Source of the DNA: Vicugna vicugna
Lineage: Eukaryota
Reading direction: 5' to 3'
DNA: 64,000 nt
NCBI GenBank assembly: GCA_013265495.1
Contig: MU061168.1
Coordinates: forward strand, 1,710,209-1,774,208
The notes beneath the pieces were generated by a model. The model worked only from the letters and a program-made list of their open reading frames with translations. It searched no databases and was not told the DNA's origin. This document shows positions 11,563-24,289 of this stretch, in pieces. The first letter of the stretch is position 1. Every line of letters begins with the position of its first letter. The position numbers and the translations under genes were made by a program.

Positions 11563-12246
11563 TGATGATATGAACAAATAAATAGACAAGAGGGCCTCTG
11601 GTGATGATTTCCACTCATCTTGGGCACAACTCTAGTTCTAGAGTTGTGAAGCTTGAAGACTAAGCTTCACTGAATTGGCCTCTCTGGGGGTGTTGAAGAA
11701 AAGGCCAAGCTAGTCCTCAAAGAGTCAACAAGAGAAGGAAGCAGGAACAACGGTAGGGAAGACCCCAGCCCAGCTCACACAGAGGCTCACTCGTGGCCCT
11801 GCTAGACCTGGAAGCTGGCTGGACATCAGAAGGCGGGGAATGAAGCGCCTCCTTCCCTTCTGCATGGAAAGCTGCTTCACCTGCAGACAATCCAGAGACT
11901 GGGATTTCTCCTCCTAAATAAACGAAGCTTCCCACTTCTCTGTTGTGTTCAAAGCTCTGCTTTTGCCCCATCCCCATCCCTATCCCAGATGGGAGATGGT
12001 ACAAAAGAGAAGGAAAGAAGCCATTGTCTATTCACAGCACCCCCAGCTTCATCAGAATATTAAAACTATCTGGACTGGAAGGAATTTGCATCCATTCCCT
12101 CACTAGATCCATATTCCCTCTTCCTCCCTTTAATTCTGGCCTTTAGAAGCTTGGCAGGGTTTTTTAATTACAATCCAAAAAGGGCATGTACAGTAGTTAA
12201 GTAAAATAAAATAACAATACTTAAAATTACAATTGAGCCCCCTGAA

Positions 12247-12780
12247 NNNNNNNNNNNNNNNNNNNNNNNNNNNNNNNNNNNNNNNNNNNNNNNNNNNNNN
12301 NNNNNNNNNNNNNNNNNNNNNNNNNNNNNNNNNNNNNNNNNNNNNNNNNNNNNNNNNNNNNNNNNNNNNNNNNNNNNNNNNNNNNNNNNNNNNNNNNNNN
12401 NNNNNNNNNNNNNNNNNNNNNNNNNNNNNNNNNNNNNNNNNNNNNNNNNNNNNNNNNNNNNNNNNNGAGAGGGGACAGGAGGNNNNNNNNNNNNNNNNNN
12501 NNNNNNNNNNNNNNNNNNNNNNNNNNNNNNNNNNNNNNNNNNNNNNNNNNNNNNNNNNNNNNNNNNNNNNNNNNNNNNNNNNNNNNNNNNNNNNNNNNNN
12601 NNNNNNNNNNNNNNNNNNNNNNNNNNNNNNNNNNNNNNNNNNNNNNNNNNNNNNNNNNNNNNNNNNNNNNNNNNNNNNNNNNNNNNNNNNNNNNNNNNNN
12701 NNNNNNNNNNNNNNNNNNNNNNNNNNNNNNNNNNNNNNNNNNNNNNNNNNNNNNNNNNNNNNNNNNNNNNNNNNNNNNNN
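12247..12780. other. Paired N-masked blocks (220 bp and 298 bp, separated by a 16-bp purine-rich island); putative conserved element
   Basis: The left flank has AATTACAAT twice and AACAAT; the right flank starts with CAGCTG. The content is hidden. Confidence 0.4.
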
Positions 12781-13896
12781 CAGCTGGATAGAGGACAAAA
12801 CACCCCGCGTCACCCTGTCTGGGGCTGAGCATGGGAAACTGAGGATGCTGCATGGGGCGGGGGAGGTGCTGCGTCCCCATTTTCACCCCCTACCACCACC
12901 ACCACTGTCTCTTTTCCACACCCCCCTCCACACACACACATCCCAGGAAAAGATATTCCTGATTTTCCAAGCTCTACCCAAACCACTAATGTTCAGGGTA
13001 CTGAGGATAAGAACTGGTGGGAACTGGGAGGAAACTGTAAGGACCAGAAAGAAGGGTCTGTGTGTGGATGCAGGACTGAAAAGGCTGAAGGAGAGAGATG
13101 GGACGGGCCCTATGGCAGGGGGAGGGAGGGCAGAGAGAGAGGAGACTGTGGTCAGATCTCCAGAGGGAAAACGGGAAAACATCTCACAGGTGAAAGGGGC
13201 TTTAAAGAATTGCTAGAATCAAACAGACTGTTCCCAGGGAGTGTCTATCAGTCTGTCTGTCTGATAAGTTCTGTGTGCACCTAGGGCAATGGAAGAGTTG
13301 CAACTAGGCATTGCATGTCTCACAGAAGAGCAAGAACGGATAATAACTCTGCTGTGGGAGTCCAGAAAAATGACATTTGGGGATTTTAAACACTTTCATT
13401 TTGTAAATGCATTCTTAGCAAGGTATCCCTCAATGGTCAGTGTGTGTGTGCATATGGGGGCTGTTGGTGTGAAGTATTTCTAATAATTAGAGCATTTGTA
13501 ATCCAGATAAAAAACTAATTGGTACTAAATATTACTAGCAAAACACACACCAACATAAGGAAAACATAATTTTTTATGATCAGACTTGTCTCTAAAATAT
13601 TGGCATCCCTGGGGCTTTGCTCTTCGTCCCTTTTCTTCTGCTTACTCACTGGACCCTCCATTCCGTGGGTTCCTTCTCCAGGGGACTAGACAGCTCAGCG
13701 GCTACTGTGGAGAGTGCCCACAAAACCTTCCTTTTTTTTTTTTTTGCTTTTTGGAGGATATGGATACAAGAGATCCTGTGTCCCACAGCAAATTAAGGGC
13801 AGCTGATCACGCTCCTCCCGCACCAAGAATGAATCAGCTGACTCCACAGCCGAAGCAGATGGAAGGATTCCATGGGCCTCACTTGGTTAGCTAATG

Positions 13897-13897
<1 letters not shown>

Positions 13898-13960
<63 letters not shown>
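13898..13960. repeat. Compound microsatellite (AAT)11(GAT)10
   Basis: Counted directly from the sequence. Confidence 0.97.
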
Positions 13961-13961
<1 letters not shown>

Positions 13962-15434
13962 GTATAAATGATATAATTGCAATTTACTGAGGTTTTATTA
14001 TTTGTAATACATGTCATCATAACTCCTTGCCTTACAGATGCAGAACTGATGCTTGCAGGAGTTAAATAAGTGGGCCCAGTTTCTAATTTAGGGACTGAAG
14101 CCCTTCTGCCTATTTCCTGAGCCTGTGCTTTGAAGGAGGACCGTACTGTCCCAACAAGATGAGGGGCTGGTGCCTTCAGGACTGTTCATTCTCAGAGCCA
14201 AGTAGATGGTCACTTGTGAATTCTTTTTAATGAACCTTCTTTAGGTTCATTAAACTCTTACAGGGATGAAAGGATGGAAGTGGGGAATATTAGATTTTAG
14301 ATTCATACTGTGAGGTGTGGGAATGAGAGAGAGGATTGTCTGGACCAGACTGTGGTTGTGATGGAAATCCACAGGTCCGTAAGCCAGAGACTGGTGCTGA
14401 CCAGCCTAGGGTTCACCTTGTGGCCACCGATTCAACAGGAACCAGGAAGATTTGCCTTGTTCACTTGTGCATGCCTAATGGACAGACTCCTGCTTCGGCG
14501 CTCAGCCCTGGGGCACAGCTCTCAGGTGTGTAAAACCTAGTATGGAAACGTGGTCACAAACCTGTGGTCCCCCTTGTCTTCAGTCTCCATGCAGCCCAGC
14601 ACCCCTCGGTCTCTGGGACACTTGGTTCCACACTCTGAGCTCCCTGAGGGCAGATCCTGTTGCCAGCTAGGCTCTGTATCTGCAGCACCCAGCCCTTCCC
14701 ACAGAGGGGGAGCTCAGGAAGCATCTGTTGAGTACCACTCTCCATTTCACTGCATCCACAGGCTGCCAGGAACCTTCCTTTGTTCACTGCCACCAGCCAG
14801 GACTGACTTAATCATTCTGGATAGACAACTAGCTCTGCTAATTCAAAGTTTTTTTCTAGTAAGAGAATCCTCCACTATCCTTATTAATACATTACAGTAT
14901 TTAATAACCCCCTGGTCAGGAAGTTCTCCCCCTTAGCTACTCTGTCTCTCCTGTGGAACGCCAAACCTGCTGCCACTATCTGTCCCCTGTAGAGATGGAG
15001 AATAATTAACGATACATCCTTCCTTATGTAATAATTCTTTATCTGCTTGAAGGTTATTTACTAGCCTTATAAAAATTGTCTTTCTATTGCCCTGGTCCCA
15101 GGATGCTAGTATAATGGAATGATAGAGAAGTGAGGACTGATACAAACCCTAACCTCCTCTTCTTTCCTGCCATGATTTTAATCGAATGTCAAAGGAAAAG
15201 ATGGGTAAGTAATGAGGGCCCAGGCTCCGAGATGTCCCATCGTGCAGTGCTGTGTCCGTACAGCTGTAGTTCACGCTGACTTTCTGCAAAGCCCGCTCCC
15301 CACCGGCCCCTGGGCCCCAGAGCACAGCCACCACGGGCAGTCCCTTGCCTTCTGAGGGCCATCGCCCTCACCCGGATCCTTGAATTCAACACAGATCTCA
15401 CAAATGCTTCTGCCCAGAGCCACATTTTTGTGTG

Positions 15435-15657
15435 CTTATGCAAAATTCCTTCAGGCACTGTTCCAAGTGCTTTCCGTGTATCATCTCTTCTGATCTTCAC
15501 TGCTACTTATAGAGCAGGTTTTATAATCAGCCCCATTTTATCGAAAATGAAGTGAAAGACTAGTCAGTTTACTTGTCCCAAACCTTACAGCTTAAAATCA
15601 GCAGAGCCAGGATCTACACCCCAACAGCCTGACTCCAGAGCCTGGGCTTATAACCCA
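15435..15657 (-). mobile_element. MIR SINE
   Basis: caggcactgttccaagtgcttt...ccccattttatcgaaaatgaa...cctgactccagagcc. Confidence 0.8.
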
Positions 15658-16334
15658 ACAGCATAATGCCACCAGGGCTTAGCACAAGGCCTGGCACACA
15701 GCAGGTGCCTAATATATGTCTGGTGAATTTCAGTGAGATGGGTGATCTATTCTGTAAGGATCTGGTTATATAAGGGGAGCTTTCCCAACAAGTCTCAGCT
15801 TTCCTTTCAAAACATTATTTTGCCTGTCAGACAGTCAAAAGCAAAACTTCCAGAACTCAAGAATAGCAGTGATGCAAAGGACGTCATCATTTGGGTGTTT
15901 CAAGCATTCATTCCTTAAATTCAAAGGATCTCTTACTGTGATAGGAGGAAGAAGGAGCCTGATATAAGAAAGAACACAGAATAGTTTTCAATATTTTAGG
16001 TACCATTTACATAAGAAGCAAATAAATTCATGATCAAATCCTAAACCAAGCATCCAATATGAATGCATCCGAGACCTAGAAAAAAACAAAAGCAATGGCT
16101 CCTGACCTCAAATACTTACAATATAATTATGGTGACAAAATGTATGCAGTAGAATCTTGGGAGAGGAAAGGACCCTAGGGCATCTAGCCTTCCTTGCGCA
16201 GGCTTCAAGGAGCTGCATGATCACAACGCTGCTGGCCTCTCCCCATCACTCACTTGCTCCAACCCCAGGGCCTCCCTCCTTTTCTTTCAATGACAAGTCG
16301 GTTCCACCGGAGACCCTGGGTACTAGCTGTGTCC

Positions 16335-16452
16335 TCTGTCTGGAAGGTTCTGTCCTGTGTCCTTAACATGTCCCTTCATGTTGCTCCAGTGTCAGCTCCA
16401 GTGTCTCCTCCTCAGAGAAGCCTTCCCCGAACTCTGAGGCTGAACTACGCAT

Positions 16453-16486
<34 letters not shown>

Positions 16487-16620
16487 AGTTTTAGACTATC
16501 TCCTGATTTTTTTTTACACGTTAATCATCTGTCTCCTCCACTGAATTTATATTCCTGGACATGTGTTGACTGTGTCCCTAGCACTTAGATTCGTGCCTGG
16601 TACTATTATTGAGTGATTTA
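16335..16620 (+). mobile_element. L2 3' fragment with embedded (CA)n at about 16457-16485
   Basis: gtctcctcctcagagaagccttcccc...tgtgtccctagcacttag..gtgcctgg. Confidence 0.7.
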
Positions 16621-16626
16621 ATTGCT

Positions 16627-16930
16627 TTTTAATCTGACTTTTTTAGGGGTTATAATTTGCACACAAAGAAATTCACCTATTTTAAGAGTACTATTCAGTA
16701 GGTTTGACAGTTAGGTATGTGTACAGTTAGGTAATCATGACCACAATCATGAGATAGAACATTTTCATCATCCCAAACTTCTCTTGTGTCTTTTTGTGGT
16801 TAATCCCTCTCCTCCCCTGACCGCTAGCAATCATGGATCCTATATATGCTGTGTGTGTGTATAAAATTTCTGAATATAATTTTGAAACATTATAGCAGCT
16901 CACTTCATTCAATAATTTTATTGAGTAGAT
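16627..16930 (-). mobile_element. Old L1 3'UTR fragment
   Basis: aaattcacctattttaagagtac...accacaatcatgagatagaacattttcatcatccca. Confidence 0.8.
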
Positions 16931-16952
16931 GCTTCCTAGTTGGTGTTTTGAT

Positions 16953-17480
16953 TTGCTTCAACTGATTTATTGAGATATAATTGATATACAATAAAACACA
17001 TTTATTTAAAATGTACAATTTATTCAGTTTTAACATATATTTACACCATGAAACCATCACCACACATAAGATATCATATCTAGCATTCCTGAAAGATTCC
17101 TCATGTCCTGTGTAATTGTTCCCTCCCATCCCACTTCACCATTCCTCATCCCCAGGCAATGACTGTATTGCTTTTTATAATACAGTTTGCATTTTCTACA
17201 GTTTGCAATTTTATATAAATGGAATCATAAGATATATGCTGTTTTTTGCTCTGGCTTCTTTCACTAAGCATAATTATTTTGAGATTCATCCATGTTTTTG
17301 GTTTTTTGCGAGGTCGTTCCTTTTTTATTGCTGAGTAATATTCTGCTATATGGACATACCACAACTGGTTTCTCCATTCACCTGGTGATGGACATTCAGG
17401 TTGTTTCCAAGTTTTTGGTGATTGCAGATACAGCAGATATGAAAATTCGTGTACAAGCTTTGAATGGACACATGCTTTCA
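16953..17480 (-). mobile_element. Old L1 (L1MB-like) 3'UTR plus end of ORF2
   Basis: tttattgagatataattgatatacaataaa...ggacattcaggttgtttcca. The minus-strand ORF 17146-17514 contains KTWKQPECPS..W.NQLWY.H..EYYSAIKK. Confidence 0.9.
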
Positions 17481-17990
17481 TGCTGAATGAAAGAAGGCAG
17501 ACAAAAAAAGACAAAAAAAGACAATCATACTGATTGATGGCACTATATCAAATTTTAGAAAATGCAGAAAGCTAATCAATGGTTGCTAGAGGCTGGAGAG
17601 TGGGGGAGGGAGAGATTAGTAAGAGGTATGTGGAAATATTTAAGGGTGAGGGATATGTTTATTATCTCGATTGCAGTGATGATTTCATGGGTATATATGT
17701 ATGGGAAAACTTACTGAGTGTGTAACTTTAATCATGTGCAGTTTATTGAATGTCCATTATACTTTAGTGAAGGTTTTGAAATATTGGTCACTCAGAATTA
17801 ATAATAAAAAAAACCCTTTGTGCATCCACACAATGGAATTCTATTCAGCATTAATAAGGAACAAACTGTGGAGACACGCAACATCATGGATGAATCTTTA
17901 AAGCATTATGTTGGGTGAAAGAAGAGAACACAAAAGACTATCAAATGTAAGGTTGTATTTAATGAAATATTAGCAAAGGCAAGAGCACAA
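17481..17990 (+). mobile_element. Old L1 3'UTR fragments (two pieces, sense)
   Basis: tggttgctagaggctgg...gcagtttattgaatgtccattatac; then atccacacaatggaattctattcagca (IHTMEFYSA). Confidence 0.78.
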
Positions 17991-18214
17991 TGGCAAACAT
18001 CTGCTTCAATCCAAGAATGAGCAGTAGGTTCCAGATATACCCTCCTGCCTAAAACAATCAAAAAACACCCCTAAACCCAGATGTGAAATGACAGTTTCAT
18101 AACTGATAAACAAACCTTTTTGCACAACCTATTAGAATCTTTATCAGAACAAATCTAGTTCCTTAAAATAAAAGAAAAAGGCCATGGTTTTGTAGCCACA
18201 CAGAGCAAAAGCCA

Positions 18215-18730
18215 ACATCTTTACAACGTCTTGTAAGCCTGCACAAAATCTGCCGCTCCCCCCACACCCTCATCCTGGACACGTTACTGCATTCACTTCA
18301 GGCCGGCAACACTGACTTGGGTGTTTTTTTGCAGATGCTCCAAGGCCACTATCACTTTGGACTTCTGCACTCTGTCTGGCTGGGATGCCAGTCCCACTGA
18401 TCAATTCACGCTTCGTGTCCTCGCATCCTTTGGGTCTCTGCACAAACCTCACCTCCACCTCACTCACCGTTCTACTTGAAATTACAACTCCCACCCCCTT
18501 AGCTCTTCCAACTCACCTCTACTTAATTACGCTTATTATGATCTGACACACTCTATATTTTACCTGCTTATTTCTTAGTTAGTCTCTGTGTTCCTCTTGT
18601 TGAACGTAAGCGCCGTGAAGACACAGCTTTTTTTTTTCCCCCGTTTCCTTTACTGCTCTATTCTTAACACCGGGAGGGTGCCTGGCATATAATAGGCGCT
18701 CGCTAAATACGTGCTGGGTCAGTGACTGAA
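18215..18730 (+). mobile_element. L2 3' region, unusually CpG-rich
   Basis: ...gggtgcctggcatataataggcgctcgctaaatacgtgctgg tail, with L2 body text upstream. Confidence 0.75.
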
Positions 18731-18914
18731 ACAAACAAGCTCGGCCAAATGAGCACAGGAGCAACATTTACATCATGGTATCGTTGAGACGTATTATCTT
18801 AAGTAAGATAAACTAAAGGGAGTGCCCCGCAGGAAAGCAAACCGTAAACCAAGTCATCAGTCTGTGTCTAGTCCTACGTGTGGGGATAGGACGCGCAGCA
18901 GCAGCAGTAGTAAC

Positions 18915-19143
18915 AATAGTGATAATGAGCAACACGTCTTAAAACTCTGCCAGGTGCTGTTTTACCTGTTTTCTACGTATTAACTCATTTAATTCCCACA
19001 ACAATTTTATGACATAGGTAAGATTATTATATTTATTCTTTAGGGAGGAAAACTCAGACAGTGAGACTTCAGAGCCCAGCTGTGACTCGCACCCAGGCAA
19101 TGCTTCCAGAGCCTCTGGTTACGAGCACTGTGCGATACTGTCT
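18915..19143 (-). mobile_element. MIR SINE
   Basis: tattaactcatttaattcccacaacaa...gaggaaaactcagac...ccagagcc. Confidence 0.78.
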
Positions 19144-20619
19144 CTTGAAATCCTAACATTCAACATTTTCCCTCCATCTAAAGCTTTCTGGGCTTTTCTA
19201 TTAGAAAATATTGCAATTTAAACAGCTCCTATTCTCCAAGCTGAGCTTTTATACAAACTCTGAGTTTATTTCCCATGAATAACAGAAAACTGAGACTTTG
19301 GAAGCATGGCTCAAAGAATTGTGTTGACAGCAGTACGGGTTAGACTGATGGCTGGGATTCTTGTCTGTGGTGACTGGTAAAGGCCCTGAGGTGCCAGGTG
19401 GCATTCTCCTGCCTCCAGACAAGCCCACACAGCCCACATGACTGTATCAAAGACACAGTGACCTCTTCCCTGTGGCCATCAGGATTTCCAGGATTCTGAG
19501 GATCTGCTGTCTCCAGGAAGCTTCCTGGGTCTGCATACTGCTGTTTCCCAATCGTCAAGGACTGGCTTTTTTGATAGCCAATAATGCTTAGACACATAAA
19601 TGCACTGACAAGAAGCTCCTTTAGTCTCAGCTGAAATACTACTTTACCCAAGGTCAGGATTAATTTATACTCCTGAGCTGGCCTCCAGTTAACAGACGTG
19701 TAGACAGCTTTATTGGCCTGATTTTCATCCTTTTATAAAGTCAAGCACACAGAACCTCCATGGACTTATCCCAGACTTTAAAAGGAAGCCGGCATTTGAA
19801 TTAGGGGTTTTGTGCAGAATATGAAATGGGATTTACGGGCATCATATTTAAGTTTACTGAGTATTTGCAACACAAGAGCCTACATGTAACAAAGCTAAAT
19901 GTGAATGGAAAATAAAACTGGGGGGAAAAATATATTTTGAACAGTGGAGGATAAGGAATCTGGGACTGACTTTATCTGACTAAAGCATCTCCCGGTTATG
20001 ATCTAGCCTAGCAAATCCAGCCCAGAGGCAGCCATGAACATGATAAATCATTTCTTGATGAGCTGGCCCTTTAGATGGTCTCCTGCAGACAAAACCTCAC
20101 ACTTGGGATATAGTTTATCCCCCTCACACATCCCTCCCTCCATAGAGTCATTTTCAAGAATTCTGAATTCAGAATATTTTTTCACTATGATGTAAATTCA
20201 TGTTTTTTTAGAATTAACCCAGCAAGAGCAAAACCATCACACAGGACATGCTCTTAACGTTTCCCAAGGAGCAGCAAAACTCAGAAGAACTGAAGAACTG
20301 TTTTCATGTTCTAAAACCTTCCCTGCTGACCATGTGACAATCATTTGGATTCAGTTCTTTAAAAGGATTTTTTTTGAGAAAAGAATGAGACCCGGAGATG
20401 TGAATGTGTGTCCTGTCACCATGGGTTTGGGTGGGAGGTGGGACAGAACAGAACTGTGGAAATGTGTCAGACTTCTTGAGAACCTAGAAGCAGGTAGTGA
20501 AGGGATAAAGAAACTGCAGAATGAAAACAGATATAAAGCCAGGTCCTTAGATAAACCCAGGCTGTGAACCCAAGATCTGCCTTACGGAAATCCACATGGG
20601 GAAATCATTAAAGCTGTCC

Positions 20620-20910
20620 CCTTTGGGAACATTATAGGATTATACTTCCTTAGCTACCTGAAGTCAGTGGTGGCCATGAGACGTACTTGCTGAGTGAGAT
20701 GTGAGCAGAAACTATAAGAATCAGTGTGTACTTCTGCTTTTCCATCTGACATGGTGAACAGCAATATTTAATATATAGCTGCTTCAGAAGCTGGACCTCT
20801 TCCAGTCTACAATGGACAGATAAGTGAGAAAAATTCTTTGTTGCTTTAAGTCACTGAGATTTTCTGGGATGTTTGTTACTGTGTATACCCTAACCCACCT
20901 TGACTAATAT
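20620..20910 (+). mobile_element. MLT1-family MaLR LTR
   Basis: ggtggccatgagac...gagtgagatgtgagcagaa...ctttgttgctttaagtcactgagattt...tgtttgttactg...ttgactaata. Confidence 0.75.
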
Positions 20911-21514
20911 ATTAGGAGAGCCAAATGATTGAAATATGTAAATATAAAGTATACTTAGAATTAAAATAGGTCTTGGGAAAAAAAATAAAATAGGTCTTGG
21001 GAACAAGATATTCAAGACTTTATTTCCTGTTAGGAAAGGTATTTCTGGCCCACTCTTCTGAATGAAGTCAGTTGAAAATAACACAGGGAATAAAACATTT
21101 TTAAAAAAGTTTTCAAATTAGATGAAACTTGGAAAGAGACATTTCTGAAGCAAAGCCATAAGAAGTGGCTGCCAAATGTCTTACAAAGTGGACCCAAGTA
21201 AAGGAAAATAAACACATGCCTCTGCAGGTCTCAGGCAGTAATCAGGGCTCTTTAAGAGAGGCGGTCCATCCCTCAGTACCAAAATCCACCCCCCCCCAAA
21301 AAAAATCAACTCCCTTCCTTGGAAGAAAAAGCTCTGGTGTGCCGGCAGTCTGCAAGATGCCTCTGGACCCGGTCTGATGCGTGCACTGAGGTGCAGGAAA
21401 GACTGAACAAGGAAACACGGACACACTGTATTTGCAGGAGGTCAGCTGAAAGAGTGGCAGGTGATGCTGACATTATGGTGGCTGATCTTGGTCAGCTGAA
21501 GAGAAATTTTAAAC

Positions 21515-21695
21515 CAGCGATTTTCCAACCATGATCCCTGAATCAGCATTACCAGCATCATTTGGGAACTTGTTAGAAATGCAAATCCTTGGGCCCCATC
21601 ACAGACCGACTGAATCAGAAAGGTGAAGCTTTTTATAATCTATACTTTAAGAAGCCCACCAGTGTTCTGATGCAGCTCAGATTTGGGAACTGAAG
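21515..21695 (+). mobile_element. MER5A-like MITE
   Basis: cagcatcatttgggaacttgttagaaatgcaaatccttgggcccc...actgaatcagaa. Confidence 0.87.
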
Positions 21696-22829
21696 CTCTA
21701 ATTCATCACCCACAGGATTCTTCATATTCAGAATTTCACTTGAACCAGGCAGACTAATCCCCTGACAACAGAAGGAAATCCACATTGCCACTGCCCAGCT
21801 CGCTCTCCTGACACTCCTTCACACTCTTCTTCAATAAATATCAGGTCCCAATTTCAAACTCTCTCATGCAAAAATATTGAGAAAAAGAAAAAATGACCAA
21901 TAAAACATAAAGATACAATATTCACCAAAAAATTATACCAGATGCAAATGAAAATGAGATACAGATGTTTTCCCATGAAAGTAAAATACAAACAGAAAAA
22001 CAAAGTGGTAACAACACTGACAAAACTACGGCCCCTCTAAAATAAGAGTTTATGAAAAGGTCTAAAGAGGTGTGTGATGCTAACCTCTAAGAGAATGAAG
22101 TATTTGCTTTTTTGGCATAACCTAGGAAGACTGGGCTTCTCCAAGAATCACCATATTCTGCCTTGTGCTATATCCCACATCGTGCTGAGCGATAGAACAG
22201 AACCATTAAGGGAGATGCTAGGCAAATAGGCTTAAGACAATGCACTTACTCCCTCTGGCCCTGTCACCATGGCCTGCAAGTGTCAGGTAGATGTCCCAGA
22301 AGTTCCCCGTTCTGGTGAGTGGGAGTGGGAGAGTATAGAAAATAACCAAAAGTGTTGACTGGTGAGCTCAGGAGGATGAATAATGGTGTCACAAAATCTC
22401 AACTGGAATGAGACAACCCATGCCAGCGGCCAAGCAAGAATCCTGCTGTTTCTCAGAGGATCTCAGAGGATCAACAGAGTAAGGGCTGACCTGCGGACCA
22501 AGGAAACAAATCAGCGGCACTGGGACTTTACTGTGGAAGGAGAACAGACCACAAGGAACACTGGCCATCGTGTTTGACAACACACTGCATGGAGGAGCAA
22601 AGGATGGCCCGGGGGTAAGATATAAACCCTGCCTCCCCCAGCCCATACCCACAGGACCCAGCTCACCTCTGGGAAGAAGGGAAGGAGTAGAAAGAGGCAG
22701 GAGAATTCCCCTATTGGCTAAGGTTAAATCTAGAGTCATATGATTAGTTACCTGAAGTAGACATCTAATGGACAAAGGAAAAATTTGCCTCATTATCTAT
22801 CATTGGGAATGAAGAAATGAAGGCATGAT

Positions 22830-23190
22830 GGAAACAGTTAATTCCTGACACAGAGATTCTGAATCCCTTGGAATTTCCTGGATGACAAGAGTGTCTTTTG
22901 TTCTAATAAGATGACTCTTGGTGGGCTTCTGAATAAATGCAGGATGGGGGCTGGTCACCTGAAACACAAAGCCATGATTGGCAGCTTGGAACTCCCAGCT
23001 CCACCCCATTGTCTGGGAAGGGGAGAGGGGCTGGAGACTGAGTTAATGATTGATTATGCTTACATGATGAAGCCTCCATGAAAATCCCTAAAATACAGGA
23101 TTCAGGGAGCTTCTGGGTTGCTGAACACATGGAGAGGGGTGCACCTGATGGGGGCATGACCGCCGAGGGAGAGGGATGAAGACGTGAAAA
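22830..23190 (+). mobile_element. MER21-family LTR fragment
   Basis: aggatgggggctggtcacc...ggggagaggggctggagactgagttaat...tgaagcctccatgaaaatcccta...gggagcttctgggttgctgaacaca. Confidence 0.8.
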
Positions 23191-23977
23191 AGTGTACACT
23201 GGCCCTTAAATTCCTCCCACCCCAAAAGGTCTGAGGCACATCACTTCTACTCATATTTCACTGTGCAGAGCAAATCACATTTTCATCCTTGCATGGTTAT
23301 GGAGAGATGCAATTCTACCATAAGCCCACAACGAGTGCATTTTAAACAATCCTAGTGCTGAAGAGCAACAACGATAACAAAAATTAAGCAAAGCAGATTG
23401 ATGTGATTAATTAAAAACAAAACAGAAACAATAATAGAAGTAAATACTCATGTGTGTTGCAGACTCTGAGTCTCTCACAAATCTAATTTCTCTGTCCTTC
23501 AGCAGTAGAGTTTAGCTGGGTGCCTGTCAGCCCTGCAAAGACCAGTTTTCAGCCTCACCGTAGCTCTGTGGGTCACGTAATTAAAGCTTTCACTAATGGA
23601 TATGAACAGAAATGATAAACGCCCCATCTATGTGACTTATTTTAAAGGAAATGTCTTGCTTTGGGTTTCCTCCTCATTCCCTGCTCTACTCTGAATGCAG
23701 ACTTGGCAGTGATCCCACTTTGGCCACACAGATGAAGAAAGTAGCCCTGAAGTAGGCAGAACTATGGGGGAGAAATCGGGATTTGGGGTGGCTTTGCGAA
23801 ACGAATCTCTGACCACTCCAGACCGATTGGCCTGTTCTGTGAAAGAGAACTCAGCTTCTCTGTGGTTTAAGCCACGATAATGTGGTGGTGGGTTTTGTTG
23901 CTGTTGTTGTTGTATCAGCTTAGCTTTTAGCCTAATAAAGTGACATCTGAAAACCAATCTTTTTAAAAGGGCTATGA

Positions 23978-24048
23978 CTGGGACATTATGCTGTACACCA
24001 GAAATCGACACATTGTAACTGACTATACTTCAATTTAAAAAATCTGAA
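23978..24048 (+). mobile_element. Young, extremely 5'-truncated L1 insertion (about 71 bp) with a perfect 13-bp TSD
   Basis: TSD aaaagggctatga at 23965-23977 and 24049-24061; TTTT/AAAA endonuclease site; body ctgggacattatgctgtacaccagaaatcgacacattgtaactgactatacttc. Confidence 0.93.
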
Positions 24049-24289
24049 AAAAGGGCTATGAAATAAATGATGCTAGGTAATGTAGTTAGGCAATAAACAG
24101 GAACAAAACTAGAAATGAGTGTGAAGAAGTGACCTTAAATAGTGACTTTTGCATGTACTTTCTTTGACACTAGGCAAATAAATGACACCTGAATGAAATG
24201 ATGGCTTTTCTATGATATCTTTTCCAAACTCTACCTCCAAGAAGATGTATAACTGAACTGGTGTCAGAAGTGAACACAATCAAATAATC

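Noticed and set aside
13793-14020. Poly-isoleucine ORF
   Set aside because: It is simply the translation of the (AAT)(GAT) microsatellite.
16953-17790. Inverted L1 junction at 17480 as a twin-priming product
   Set aside because: Both halves contain 3'UTR sequence, so they are separate insertions.
20962-21003. 18-bp direct repeat taaaataggtcttgggaa (period 24)
   Set aside because: An ordinary local slippage duplication around an A-run.
7385-23190. Two MER21-family LTRs as the ends of one provirus
   Set aside because: They are dissimilar sequences about 15 kb apart, with no gag/pol remnants between them.
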